Shown here in pieces: positions 50,815 to 64,000 of a stretch of DNA of 64,000 nucleotides; within the stretch, counting starts at the first letter, position 1; every line of letters starts with the position of its first letter. The DNA comes from Octopus bimaculoides (lineage: Eukaryota). The stretch is from contig NC_068994.1 in NCBI RefSeq assembly GCF_001194135.2, forward strand, positions 42,311,604-42,375,603. Direction: 5' to 3'. The notes under the pieces are model-generated. The model was not told where the DNA came from, did no database searches, and was given only the letters and a program-made list of their open reading frames with translations. A program made the position numbers and the translations under genes.

Positions 50815-51595
50815 AGGAGTGGCTGTGTAAGTAGCTTGCTTACCAACCACATGGTTCCGGGTTCAGTCCCACTGTGTAGCACCTTGGGCAAATGTCTTCT
50901 ACTATAGCCTTAAGCAAACCAAAGCCTTGTGGGTAGATTTGGTAGACAGAAACTGAAAAAAGCCTGTCATATATTAGTATGCTCCGCTGGATGTGTAATG
51001 TCAGTGTGCCTACACAACAGAGTGTAAGTGACCTGAGAGAAAAGTGGGACATAAGAAGTATCAGATGTGGTATGGTCAAGTGTTGTGTATGGATGAGGAC
51101 AGCTGTGTGAAAGGTATCACACCCTAGCAGTAGAGGGAACCTGTGGAAGAAGTAGGCTCAGGAAGATCTGGGATAAGGTGGTGAAACCTGACTTTCAAAT
51201 GCTGGGTCTCATGGAGGTGATGACATGTTACTGAGCCCTTTGGAGATATGCTGTGCTTGAGAAGATCCAGCAAGCCAAGTGAGACCATCTGGCTTGCCAG
51301 TCCTCAGTCAAACCATCCAACCCATGCCAGCATGGAAAGTGGACGTTAAACGACGATGGTGATGATGATGACATATGTATATGTTTGTGTGTCTATATTT
51401 GTCCCCCTACCATCGTTTGACAACCGATGTTGGTGCGTTTATGTCCTCGTAAACTTAGAGGTTCAGCAAAAGGGACTGATAGAATAAGTACTAGGCTTAC
51501 AAAGAATAAGGCCTGGTGTCGATTTGTTCAACTAATGGCGGTGCTCCAGCATGGCTGCAGTCAAATGACAGAAACGAATAAAGGAAAAGAATGTA
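50815..51595 (+). mobile_element. SINE family A split by an RTE 3' fragment (50975-51371) inserted in its central microsatellite
   Basis: SINE head 50815-50974. The RTE piece reads SMLRWMCNVSV...EGTCGRSRLRKIWDKV and has a (GAT)n tail. SINE 3' half 51372-51595. Confidence 0.85.
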
Positions 51596-52887
51596 TGAGT
51601 TCCTTATTGTTTGCTAGTTCTTGAATCAACGATTTTCTGGATCCTCATCATCTTATAGTCAGAGTGCAATAATGTTAGAATGTTTTGTTACTGCTTTCTA
51701 GTAAGCAGGATCAGTGGCATCTAATGTATCATTAATATAGAGGAGTGGGAATTAAGATTATCATGTCCCCTACAGTCAAAGAGTCCAAGTGTTCTTTGAG
51801 ATTGTCCTGCTTCCCTGAAAAAAGTTTGAAATTTGATTAATTTTAAAAGCATTTAGAGACCTTGGGAATTTGGTATTTAAACACATCCTAAATATTTGAT
51901 ATTTAGTATTAAAATAACTAATAATAAGTCATTTTTCTAATTATTGGCTTTTAACTTTGACAAAAGGCCAACAATTTCAGGATGAGGATGTGAATCAATA
52001 ACATCAACCCCAGTACTCACCTTGTGCTTATTTCAGCGATCCCAAAAGCATGAAAGGCAAAGTTGACCATGGTGGAATTTGAACTCAGAATGTAAAGGCG
52101 GACAAAATGCCCAGAAGCATTTTGACTGGTATGCTAATGATTCTGCCAGCTCACTGCTTAGCGGCATTTACTAATTATTGACCATTAATTATATCTCAGC
52201 CATAAGCTGAAGTTAATTGCAAACTTCTTGCTAAATTTAAATCATCCAATTAATATGTATTTTTTAATGTAACCCTGAACACTAATTTTAGGTTTGCATA
52301 AAGCAATTATACTGCACCATTATCCTCTAATGAGTCTGATAACTATGAATACTTTTACTTTCTAAGCATATCTTAAGGATTATCACCAGTTAAGTGTGAT
52401 AAAACATTTAAACATTATACTTACCCTTTGCCTATCTTGTGTATCACATATGATACACAGGACATATTTCTTTGTAGTCCATGATTCATATATAATACAC
52501 ATATATAATACAACTTTTTTCACCTACCAGAGTTACTTGGGACTTATAAAAAGAAAGCATTATATCAATCAAAACATATGAAACAAGGGCTAATGAAAAG
52601 TCTGAAAATAAGCATGTACATGAAATGCTTTAGACATGCAAAGGGTATAAAATGCATCTAAATAAACATCTAGTAAGTACCTACAGATAGTCTTGTACCT
52701 AGAACCATGGCTCTTTGCATAATGCATCATCGTTAAACGTAAACTTATAAACCTAAGCTTTTCTTAAGATTTTAATCATAATTTTCCAGTAATGTTGGGT
52801 TTAACATACCTGAATCTTATTTTATAAATTTAAGGTTACATACAATGGTGAGACAGTATTATAATAATATATAAAATCTCTTGAAGG

Positions 52888-53100
52888 GGGTAAGCTGGCA
52901 GAAGTGTTAGCATGCTGTACAAAATGCTTAATGTCGTTTCATCTGCATTGACATTTTGAGTTCAAATTCTGCCATGGTTGACTTTTCCTTTTAGAGTTGA
53001 TAAAATAAGCATTAGTTGAGTATTGAGTTTGATGTAATCGACTTACTCCTTCCTCTGAAATTGTTGGCCTTGTGCCAAAATTTGAAACAAATATTAAAAT
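52888..53100 (+). mobile_element. SINE family C
   Basis: aagctggcagaagtgttagcatg...gagttcaaattctgcc...ggccttgtgccaaaatttgaaac. Confidence 0.75.
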
Positions 53101-54955
53101 CACTTTTATATCCTCTTGGAAATACATTTGCTGCAAACAAAACTGGAGTTGGTATTTTATACAAGAGATAAAATTCACACTAACACCAGTGTCCTATAGA
53201 TCAATTATAAGGGATCTGTTTACTTTTGATATATTGCAACTAAACAATAATATAATTATGTCTTAATTCAATCTGGATTATGAAGGTTTAAAATTATTTA
53301 CAAAAACTCAAAGTGAAATGAGTAAAGTAAACTAAAATAAATATGATTTTAACAAAACATTATATAAACTGATATTTATTCAATAGGGTTGGAATTTACA
53401 AACTTTGAATTAAAATTGGTATATAAAAAATATCACAATAAAACAACTGCTGTTTAATACAGGAATATTGAATGAGTTAGTAAAAGATAGTATGACATGC
53501 CAACAACTTTCTGATTCTGGAATTTAAATGAAAAGAGCTGCAGTATGTAATTGATGATAAATATAACACTCAAGAGCAGAGTGCTCCATGGGTTTTCCTG
53601 GGTTTAGGCTGGAGAGTTAGTTCTTACAAGTTCTTGTGAGTAAAGTTCATAAAAATACTGTATAAAAATAGAGGAACTGTAAAAGAAAAACATACATGCT
53701 TTATCACTACCAGTTTTTGTTCTATTTTTTCTTCCACTTTACAAGAATTCTTATGGAACAAAAATTACAAACATCTTGGGCTTTGACCAAATTCATCAAT
53801 CACTTTTCAAATAACTCTACATTCATTCTTAAAGTCCTTTTCCTCGATGAACACTCCATTATGCACACTCCATAAAAACATTTATCTTGTATTGTTTCTT
53901 CTTGTGCAGTCATAGTATTCATGGCACAAGTATAATTACATGTAAAATGAGAGCATTATTATGAATTGCAACTTGATCTAAAATTATGGGTTCATGACTT
54001 TAGTATCATCGTCAAAACAGTGCTGGGAAAATATTTTATGATGGAAGGCTAAATTACATCGTAGTTAACTACCATCTAACAAGGTTGCTTTAAAAGAAAT
54101 ACTTTATTCTGTTAAGCCTCAGTTATTCTATAAAATATAATGATTCATTAAATTGTCAACAAAATATAAACAAATTTTAAGTTACCCTAAATTTTTGGAC
54201 AAGAAAACTTTTTCATGACAGAGAATGCTTAAATATATGTCCAAAGTTATTGCTGGAAAGACATGTCATAAATTATAAAGTGTACAGGCAACAGTTCATA
54301 TTTACATATATGAAATATACTTTTATGTGTAGAGAAATAAATTAAAATGGTTCTGTCTAAAATGCTTAATTATTTGAAAAGAGAGGCTTTAAATAAAATT
54401 AGCCTTCAAAAAATATATTCCAATAATATTATTCCTCTTGAAGCTTATTGCTTTTAGCAAACCACAGGTTCCCTACTCCCATTCTAAAATCATGGCAATG
54501 TAACAATAACTTAATCTAAAATCAGAGTCTGTGTGACACGAATGCCATTATCAGTCAAAACAGACCTTTTTCAAGAAGTTGGCCACATATGGCATGGCTC
54601 AGCATCAGGTGGGCCTCATGAGAAATGGCTCATTATCAGGCAGGCTGTACTTCTATATAAATTCAAGGAAATTTTTTTCATTTGGGTATGTCGTTCAGAA
54701 ATCCACAGAGCACATACAGTTTGTTCATGACTGATTCTAAACCCATGGTACCGTAAAAATAGCTGAATATAAAATCTGATTTCACATGGTTTCTATGTTT
54801 GGATGCCCTTCCTAATGCCAGTCACTCCACAGTGTAGACTAGGGAGGTCAGTCACTCTGCAGTTTGCAGAACTACAAGGCCTGTACATGTGTGTGTGTCT
54901 ATATATATATATATATATGCATATATAAGTTTATATGTATAAGTTGTATACATAA

Positions 54956-55001
<46 letters not shown>

Positions 55002-55015
55002 TTTATTATTATTGT

Positions 55016-55047
<32 letters not shown>

Positions 55048-55051
55048 TGTA

Positions 55052-55270
55052 TAAAGGTGGAGAGCTGGCAGAATCATTAGCATGTCAAGCAAGATGCTTA
55101 GTGGCATTACGTTCATTCTTACATTCTGAGTTCAAATCCTGCTGAGGTCAGCTTCGCCGTTCATTCTCTTAGGGTTGATAATATAAGTACCAGTTGAGCA
55201 CTGCAATCATTGTAATCGACTTATCCTCTCCCATGAACTTTCTGGCTTTGTATCAAAATTTGAAATCATT
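55052..55270 (+). mobile_element. SINE family C
   Basis: aaggtggagagctggcagaatcattagc...gagttcaaatcc...ataagtaccagttgagcactg. Confidence 0.75.
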
Positions 55271-55276
55271 ATTATA

Positions 55277-55307
<31 letters not shown>

Positions 55308-56086
55308 CTGTGTAATTATATGTATGTATATATATTGTATGCATATATATTATTATATGTATATATAATGTCATGTTCATGTCCTGATATATATTAAACT
55401 GCATCCAGTGGTGAGGCTCCAGTTCAGAAGTTTGAGAGTTGTGAGGAGCGTAGAATCACTCCTTAATTACCATAACTCCCACGTTCATTCTGACCCAGAA
55501 CGGTTGTACCTGTGAGGGTCCCATCTATGGTTTAAAAAAGAGTTTTGTAAGGGTAGAGTGAGTTCTTTCACTTCCAGTCACAAAGCTATGGACAACTCAC
55601 AGCTACAGTGGAAGACACTTGCCTAAGGTACCATGTAGTGGTAATGAACCTGAAACCATGAGGTTGGGAAGCAAACTTAGCCACACAGCCACACCATGGC
55701 AGAGTTATTAGACTATTGCTTAGAAGGCCTTGTACTTTTTGTTCTGCCTCTGTCTGCTCACAGCTCCAATCCTGCTGTGGCCAACTTTGTCTTTCCTCAT
55801 TCCAGGTCACTAAATACACAACTAGTCAGGTACTAGAATTCTTTCTTACTTTCTTTTCCTTCACACTTTCTCTTTGATTGAGCTGCACTGAGATAAAGAT
55901 TATGGCAGAATCTCACAATGCTTCTTTCTCCAGAAATAGAGAAGCGTTTAGGATGGGGCTATAAACCACTTCTTAAAGAAAGAAAGCTATGCTACAGAAT
56001 TCATCCAAGGAGAGCTTGGTGTGCAGCACAGCATGGAATGACAATGAATAAATAAATGTGCATGTGTATGTGCATGTGCGTGAGTG

Positions 56087-56122
<36 letters not shown>

Positions 56123-58267
56123 AATATGTGTGTGTGTGTGATGTTTACTTTTTATCAATAATTCAATAATACCTTTGTGAACATCACTACCCTCATTAAT
56201 GTGCTATTGAAATCAATAGCTCTAATTACCCATCAACAGAGACATCTGATTATGAAAATCAACAATTGACTTTATTGCATTTGCATGAGATATTATGTAG
56301 TTGTGGATGGAGAGGATGTACACATGAGTGTGAGTTTTGATGGATGTGTGTATATCTGTGTGAGTATATATGTGTATGTATGTGACTGTATGTGAGTTTA
56401 TGCATGTTAGAGCTTGTGTATATATGTGTACAGGCAAATAGGAAGTAAAGAAACTTCTATTGTTACTGTTCACTAATACAGAGAAACCATTGACCATATA
56501 AGATGTATAGATATATGAAGAATAAACTCAGCACAAAGAATCTAATAAAAGAAGACTTAGAACACTGAATCAAAAGTTTGGACTATCTATTTACTTAATT
56601 GACTACGAGAGCAAACAATATCTGAGTTATGAAAATCCCCAATAATTAGCCTTTTCTAATGATATTACAGTAGCTCATCTTACTGCCCTTCTCTGAAGCA
56701 GCTTAAAGGATGAACTGAAATAAACTTTCAAATTCTTAATTTTTATTGTTTTCAGTCTGCCGAATTGAAAATGATTACCATCCAAAAGTTAGTGCAACCC
56801 TTTTCTCTCTCCAGTGGTCATGTCATCAGTGTTTCACTAGATCAAGGGTGGAATGTCAAGAGGATGCTTAAGTCTGCTTGTGATTACATATTCCCCTCAA
56901 ACAATTAGGAAAAACATGACAAAGGCTGACAGGTCATATTTGCTTGTGAGTGACAGATTTGGTTTAATAGTCAGGCATCAATTTCCACCATCAAAAAGGC
57001 TACACTTTGTGGAATTCAGTTTCAGAATTGTGTGACAAGTAATGCACCTTTTGAAATATTGCTCCTGGTTCTCAGTTTAAATGTTTGGATGCTTTTATTT
57101 CAGGCATAGAATATATGATGGTAGTGTAATATTATGAGAGACATTCTGGGTCTCACATGATGTCATTGTTTCAGTAGACATAGACAATTGGATTAGAGGT
57201 TCCACAGGCTGATAAAGTGCTGCACTAGCTGCCATCTAATATCTGTGACATAAACGAGAACAGATATGCTGTGTGATGCAAAAGTTGCATTTTCTTATTG
57301 ATTTGGTTTTGAAGTATTGACTTCTGATTTGAATATTTCAGATATAGCTTTACATGACTAGTTGAATGGCATATTTCAATGTTTGTGTAAGTGCAACTAA
57401 CAGAATTTTGATAGCCTATGTTGTAATGAGAACTTTTCCTATTAAAACAGCAGTTTTAACTGAATTTTAGACAGTTCCTGTTAAAATGTTTCCTACAGTA
57501 GTTGGGGAAATGAGAACCATTTATCTTGGAAAGTTTTAATGATGTTTGAGTTGAACATTTAAGAAGTAGAAGAGTGAGAACAATGCACTGTAATGGGGCT
57601 ATTTTAAATGTGAAAAGATAATGATGAGGTCGGAAAGTAATTTCATTTTGAGATTTAGTGTTTGATAAGCTTCAAATGTAAAATCATAAATCTTAACTTT
57701 TCACAATATGCTGTTTCTGTGACAAGTACCCACCCACATAAGTTTCTTTTAAGATTTACATGGCCATTATAGACTCTACAATCAGATACCAGTCTTTTAA
57801 TTCAATTTAGTGTTTTTATTCAACCTTGTTTTATTCAAACCTTATGCACTGCATCTATATCTCAAGACCACCTATTTTTACCTGGCTTCCACAATCTAAC
57901 TCCTTGACTTTTCTGCAGAGTTTTTGGACAACTGTTTCCTTGTGAACTGAGACTTCCTAAATATTTTGGGGGCCTGAACATAGTATAATACCTTTGAATT
58001 ATTGCATTTCATTTCTATGTGCCTTTTTACTAATTTATTTTATTATATAGTTTCCCCTTCTTTCAATTTCCCCACCACCATCACCACATACCTATTTTCA
58101 CTTCATCATCATGTGTCTGTATTTGTATTCATGTTTGTGTATTTAAAACCACACCACTTGTTAAAAAAAAAACTACCTGTATTGTATCAAAATAAAGTAA
58201 CTTAACCATTCGAAATATTTAAAAACTGATAAAATGAATACCTGACTGAAATTTGTATTAGTGCTAA

Positions 58268-58535
58268 TCATCATCATCATCATCATTTAACGCCCATTGT
58301 CCATGCTGGCATGGTTTGGACAGTTTGACCAGGGCTGGCAAGCTGGAAGGCTGCTCCAGACCCCAGTCTGATTTGGCATGGTTTTCTATGACTGGAAGCC
58401 CTTCCTAACACCAACCACTCTGAGAGTGTAATGGGTGCTTTTACGTGCCACCAGCATGGGTGCCATTTGTGCGACACTAGTATCTGCCATGACTGTGATT
58501 TTGCTCGGCTTGATGGGTCTTCTTCTCAAGCACGA
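58268..58535 (-). mobile_element. RTE-derived repeat (family B), older copy
   Basis: (CAT)n followed by ttaacgcccattgtccatgctggcatgg...cccttcctaacaccaaccactc. Confidence 0.8.
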
Positions 58536-59272
58536 CAAAATGCTAATATGATCAACTAAAATCATTTGATGTAGTGTCCCAGCATGGCCACAATCCAATG
58601 GCTGAAAGCAAAAGATGAATACTTCCTAAAATATGCACAATATTGTATATTTTTTTTTCTTTTCTTCAGAATGTACATCAATAATAATGACATAGAATGA
58701 CACTGCAATATTTTGTGTAACTAAGTATGCAATACAAAAGTTGTAGGTTCATACTATTTTTCCTTTTTTTAATTTGCTATTTTTCAAACAAGAAATATTT
58801 GCTTTATAATTTTATTCTCTCCTTTACTGTTTCAATCCAACACCATTCCATTGCTCTGTGACTGATACCTTTCCTTTGATGTTTCAAGCAGATTCACTTA
58901 CCTTGCCATTTCAAGAAGATGCCTAACTTCAAAAGAACCTTGTGAAGATATATATGTAAATGATGGCAACGGATTTCATTCAAAATCATGTGTTGCAACA
59001 TATTTGTATGTGTGTGTATTTATATTTATATAGAATATATATACACCCTTAGATATATGTATTCATAAACACATATATACACATACACTCACATTTGCAA
59101 ACACACACACACAACTCACACACATATATATATATATATTGGCGGTATGATATTAGCCATTTATTATATAATCTTGAGAGATGCTTCCTCTAGACATACA
59201 CCCAACTACATATGCCATGTTACTGGCAATAGATTTCAGTGAAAATTATGTGTTGCAACAGATATTATATAT

Positions 59273-59313
<41 letters not shown>

Positions 59314-59649
59314 TTGCTGTACATGTAGATAACATCCATTTCCTATGCTTGATGGATTGAGTAGTTTGTCAGGATAAGAGAAGCTGCAAAGCCATGACAA
59401 GCTCCACTATCAGCCTTGACATGGTTTCAATGGCTGGGTGCCCTTCCTAATGCCAACCATTAGACAGTGTGTACCAGGTGCTTTTTTCATGCGACACGCA
59501 GTAATGAGGTTACCAAGTAATTTACAAGACAGGGGGGTGTGAACTAAGAAAATGCTCCCATCAGCAAAGACCAGGAGTATTTGTAGGTGTTGATTGCTTT
59601 AGACAAGCATAAGATTCTTGCTATAGTGGAGATACTTGGTTATCACGCA

Positions 59650-60000
59650 TTATACAAGTGTAATTAGGATTGAATTTGATAAAGATGAGAGTGATGCAGT
59701 GTCAGAGCAAACTCTCAATGTACAAGAAGATGAGTACAGGTGAGGATACAGACAGTGGGTCAGGTGAGGGAAGGAGGGAGGGAGTTCTTTCCCAAGTGTG
59801 TTAGGGAAGAGTAACTGAAGGTTAGAGATGGGAGGTGTGTTCAGGTAGAAGATCTGTTGTATAGTGAACGTTACGCAGAGGCCTCTGAGAAGGAACCTAA
59901 ATTCAAGTAATGGGAGCAGAAGACGGAAGATTGATGAGAAATATCTGTATGGAGAGGAGGTAAGGTGGGAAATAGAAGTGGCTACACGAACACACACGTG
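59650..60000 (-). pseudogene. Possible CR1/Jockey-group LINE 3' coding remnant
   Basis: Minus-strand RVATSISHLTSSPYRYF...LFPNTLGKELPPSFP loosely matches the RVA.LSLFYRYF...FFPRT..LWNSLP C-terminal pattern. Confidence 0.35.
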
Positions 60001-60775
60001 TGTGTGTAGGGGGTGTACAAAGTGTGTCAGATTTTTGTGGTCATTTACATGAATTTAGATAAAGATGCATAACCTGGTCAGTCATGTGATCACATGATGT
60101 ATGTGTGTGTATGAGTGTATGTGTATGTGTGTATATGTATGTGCATAAGGGAAATCTAAGTTAATTAAATCAAATCAAATTCAAATCAAATTATGAAGAA
60201 AGGTACAAACTATTTATGTGCATCGATTCAAAATGAATTTGAAAAACTGAAGCTGGTCTGGGAGGTGTGTTCAGGTAAAAGATCTGTTGTATAGTGAATG
60301 TTACGCAGAGGCCTCTGAGAAGGAACCTGATTTCAAGTAATATTGGCAGTTCCACTTTTTTCTCTCTCTCCTATAGGTAGATGTTGTATCAAAATATTTC
60401 ATTGTATATGCAAATATCTTCAACACATCTCAGTTCAATATCACAGTGTTTCTTAGATGCCTACAGTGCAAGAAATATAATGGAAAAAACACTGCACATA
60501 ATCATTAAAATTATGTCGATAGTATGAATTTTTTTTTTACTGCTTGTTTCATAAATGTTTTAGTATTTCAAATTTACTAAAGTACACACAAACTCATAGA
60601 CACACGCACACACACACACACACAAAGGAAATGCACACACGTGTATGTATATATGTATATATATGTATCTACATATGCATATAAATATCCTATATATAAG
60701 CATATATATATATGTATATATATGCCTATATTAAATAGACAAGATCATATGTATATGTATATATGTGTATGGTTG

Positions 60776-60844
<69 letters not shown>

Positions 60845-60953
60845 GCATACATATATATATATATACATATAGATATGTATGTATATATATATATGTATAT
60901 GCATATATATATATATTAGATACACACCTACACACATGCACACACACATACAT

Positions 60954-60994
<41 letters not shown>

Positions 60995-61051
60995 TATTGA
61001 CATATATATACATAGACATATGAATGTGTGTCTGTATTTATATATATATAT

Positions 61052-61053
<2 letters not shown>

Positions 61054-61137
<84 letters not shown>
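61054..61137. repeat. (TA)n microsatellite
   Basis: Direct inspection. Confidence 0.95.
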
Positions 61138-61139
<2 letters not shown>

Positions 61140-62007
61140 GATATTTTGTCTATCTAATAATTTCTATTTGATGGTATCAGAATAAGAGAGTAAAATATAC
61201 ATAACCATCAAGTTAAACATTGGGAAATATATCAGTGTTTATTTTCTTGTAGCTCAGCCAATCGCTAACAGAACGTTCTAATCAAACACTTACACTGACT
61301 TTCAGAGATATTTATAAAGACATTAATAAGTGATGCTAGACTGATTGTTTTCACATTTAACACATGAATGTAAATAACAAAACCAGTGTTCCAAAATGTT
61401 CAAAGAAATTTTGTTTACATAAAAAGAACAAAACTAGAGAATGAAGACAATTAGAAGACTTGTCTTTACTTCGATCAAGCTGGATACCTATGTTATATGC
61501 TAATTTCTTTGCACGTGAGGTAAAATATAATTTCGTTTATAAATAATGTTTAAGTAATGTACTTAGAAATAGCATTTTAATATTTATGTGTCCATACTCT
61601 GTCTGCCAGCCAGCCTGCCTGCCAGCCTGCCTACCTGTCTGTCTGTCTGTCTGTATGTTTGTTTGTGTGGATGTACAGAGTATGGCCAGGCATCTTTTAT
61701 TTTCTAATGACGGTGACCATGCTGGGGTGCCACCTGTACGAATTTTAGTCAAACGGATTGACCCCAGTAATCATTCTATGTTTTTATGCCTGGTACTTCT
61801 ATCAGTCTGTTTTGCTGGACTGCTAATTTATGGAGAGGTAAACTCGAAATGTAGAAGACTTTCTCACTTCCCAAGCATTAAACTAATACATCTGTTTGTT
61901 GTATAGATTCATGCAGACATATATACATACTTGCATACATGCATACATACACACACATGTATGTATGTATGTATGTATGTATGTATGTATCTATCTATCT
62001 ATCTATC

Positions 62008-62132
62008 GTGGAGGCGCAATGGCCCAGTGGTTAGGGCAGCAGACTCGCGGTCATAGGATCATGGTTTCGATTCCCAGACCAGGCATTGTGAGTGTTTATT
62101 GAGCGAAAACACCTAAAGCTCCATGAGGCTCC
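62008..62132 (+). mobile_element. tRNA-derived SINE head (fourth family) running into an assembly gap
   Basis: A-box tggcccagtgg, B-box gtttcgattcc, then unrelated body sequence. No acceptor stem closure. Confidence 0.7.
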
Positions 62133-62740
62133 NNNNNNNNNNNNNNNNNNNNNNNNNNNNNNNNNNNNNNNNNNNNNNNNNNNNNNNNNNNNNNNNNNNN
62201 NNNNNNNNNNNNNNNNNNNNNNNNNNNNNNNNNNNNNNNNNNNNNNNNNNNNNNNNNNNNNNNNNNNNNNNNNNNNNNNNNNNNNNNNNNNNNNNNNNNN
62301 NNNNNNNNNNNNNNNNNNNNNNNNNNNNNNNNNNNNNNNNNNNNNNNNNNNNNNNNNNNNNNNNNNNNNNNNNNNNNNNNNNNNNNNNNNNNNNNNNNNN
62401 NNNNNNNNNNNNNNNNNNNNNNNNNNNNNNNNNNNNNNNNNNNNNNNNNNNNNNNNNNNNNNNNNNNNNNNNNNNNNNNNNNNNNNNNNNNNNNNNNNNN
62501 NNNNNNNNNNNNNNNNNNNNNNNNNNNNNNNNNNNNNNNNNNNNNNNNNNNNNNNNNNNNNNNNNNNNNNNNNNNNNNNNNNNNNNNNNNNNNNNNNNNN
62601 NNNNNNNNNNNNNNNNNNNNNNNNNNNNNNNNNNNNNNNNNNNNNNNNNNNNNNNNNNNNNNNNNNNNNNNNNNNNNNNNNNNNNNNNNNNNNNNNNNNN
62701 NNNNNNNNNNNNNNNNNNNNNNNNNNNNNNNNNNNNNNNN

Positions 62741-63032
62741 CTCCTGTAGGATTTTCGAGCGAGATCGTTGCCAGTGCCCTTGGACTGGCTTGTGCGGGTG
62801 GCACATAAAAGACACCATTTCGACCGTGGCCGTTTTCGTGCGGGTGACACGTAAAAGCACCCACTACACTCTCTGAGTGGTTGGCGTTAGGAAGGGCATC
62901 CAGCTGTAGAAACTCTGCCAAATCAGACTGGAGCCTGGTGTTGCCATCCGGTTTCACCAGTCCTCAGTCAAATCGTCCAACCTATGCTAGCATGGAAAGC
63001 GGACGTTAAACGATGATGATGATGATGATGAT
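62741..63032 (+). mobile_element. Young RTE-derived repeat (family B) with (GAT)n tail
   Basis: Near-identical to 42167-42390 and to the reverse complement of 40243-40530. Confidence 0.9.
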
Positions 63033-63559
63033 GTATGTGTATATATGTATATACACATACATATATGTATGTATATATGTATGCATGTATGTATGTATGT
63101 GTGTCTTTACACAAAATGTATGTTCAACAGATTTACAGTTAATCTGTCACTGAATTTTTCATCAGTCTATTTGTGCAGATGTTTGTTCAAGAACAATTCT
63201 AATAGAATTTTGGTTACCTGTTTTCTTGAGTTTTCCGTTAATTGAATTTCTTTGCTTGAAACACTTCAAGAACAATAGACCAAGATGCTGACAATCGATT
63301 GTTTTAACAAATATCCTGCTCGCTGACACATCAGACCAATAGTACGTATATTGTTTTAAGAAAACAAGGACTCTATTTGTAAACATCCAACCCTTTATGA
63401 ACAACACATGCTCAATCCAAGTTTAAGCTTTGTACTCAGGGACACATCATAAAAGATTTTGTTGAGGATATTCAGTGCTTGAAATGTTTGGAAAAGTACA
63501 GGAGTAACTGTATAACATGTTTAAAAACTGTATAACAAGAGTAACATGGTTCTGGGGTC

Positions 63560-63660
63560 AGTCCCATTGTGTGACAACTTAAGCATGTGGCTTCTACTAT
63601 AGCCTTGGGCCAACTAAAGCCTTATGAGTGGATTTGGTGGATGGAAATTGAAAGAAGCCC
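63560..63660 (+). mobile_element. SINE family A 5' fragment
   Basis: cttctactatagccttgggccaactaaagccttatgagtggatttggtggatggaaattgaaagaagccc. Confidence 0.7.
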
Positions 63661-64000
63661 ATTACTCTCTCTTTTTCCAAAACCACACAACCACTTGGAA
63701 AATATCATTTCGATTCATCAAATTCTCATGGCTTCTATCAGCTCAACTAAATATTCGGCAAACATCATGATTCATTACAAATTAAATAGCTTGAGTATGT
63801 TTCCTTTTCACAAGCACTGAATGAATTGGTTTATCTATTTTCTTGTTGTTACAGAAGAATATATACCATATATATATATATATAGCAACTTTATAGTAAT
63901 TGTAATTATCTATAAATTCAAACCTCATCATAGAATTGTATTTAACCAGTTTATTTTGGTGTAACATAAAAATATTTTTACAGATAAATTTTTTAATAAA

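Noticed and set aside
56755-57035. Acceptor-like sites and short open frames
   Set aside because: Frames close quickly or give no coherent peptide, and the implied 27-nt intron is too short.
59668-59739. 72-nt acidic exon-like segment (IEFDKDESDAVSEQTLNVQEDEY) with gtgagg donor
   Set aside because: The acceptor is weak, and it overlaps the opposite-strand putative LINE remnant.
542-61157. Dozens of ORFs rich in IY/YI, HT/TH, CV/VC and LS/SL repeats
   Set aside because: They are translations of (TA)n, (CA)n, (TG)n and (TC)n microsatellites, which lack stop codons in most frames.
62008-62085. tRNA gene
   Set aside because: A and B boxes are present but there is no closing acceptor stem, and it continues into SINE body sequence. 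The same applies to the other SINE heads.
896-62957. Long ORFs containing runs of X (e.g. 896-1282, 10843-11463, 16492-16887, 62031-62957)
   Set aside because: They only span N-gaps: 1014-1258, 1891-1900, 10895-11423, 14910-14969, 16635-16857, 34439-34448, 47631-47769, 49925-49934, 62133-62740.

Overview
AT-rich eukaryotic (animal) genomic DNA from a gapped draft assembly, with nine N-gaps, most next to (TA)n or (AG)n tracts. The repeat complement looks like an octopus genome (inference from recalled repeat families, no database search). It includes tRNA-headed SINEs with internal (TA)/(CA) microsatellites, RTE-LINE 3' ends with (GAT)n tails, and dense AT/AC microsatellites. I found no host protein-coding exon, rRNA, true tRNA gene or CRISPR array that I can support, so the window reads as intergenic or deep intronic. 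Most ORF-track entries are microsatellite or N-gap artefacts. Every recognisable coding sequence is a transposon fossil: CR1-like and RTE reverse transcriptases, an R4-like C-terminus, mariner (D34D, D35D) and maT (D37D) transposases, two hAT transposases, a Helitron Rep/helicase deletion derivative and a Penelope-like GIY-YIG endonuclease. The most notable structure is a 1.65 kb Penelope-like retroelement (7688-9342). It has an inverted terminal duplication, a GIY-YIG C-terminus, a promoter-motif tandem repeat and a candidate hammerhead ribozyme with an unusually long stem II, and it is nested in the internal microsatellite of a SINE. Also notable are an 89-nt near-perfect pri-miRNA-shaped hairpin (1734-1822), a spacerless TTAA-flanked palindrome (756-967) and a ~98% identical inverted pair of RTE-derived repeats 1.7 kb apart that could form a dsRNA editing substrate.
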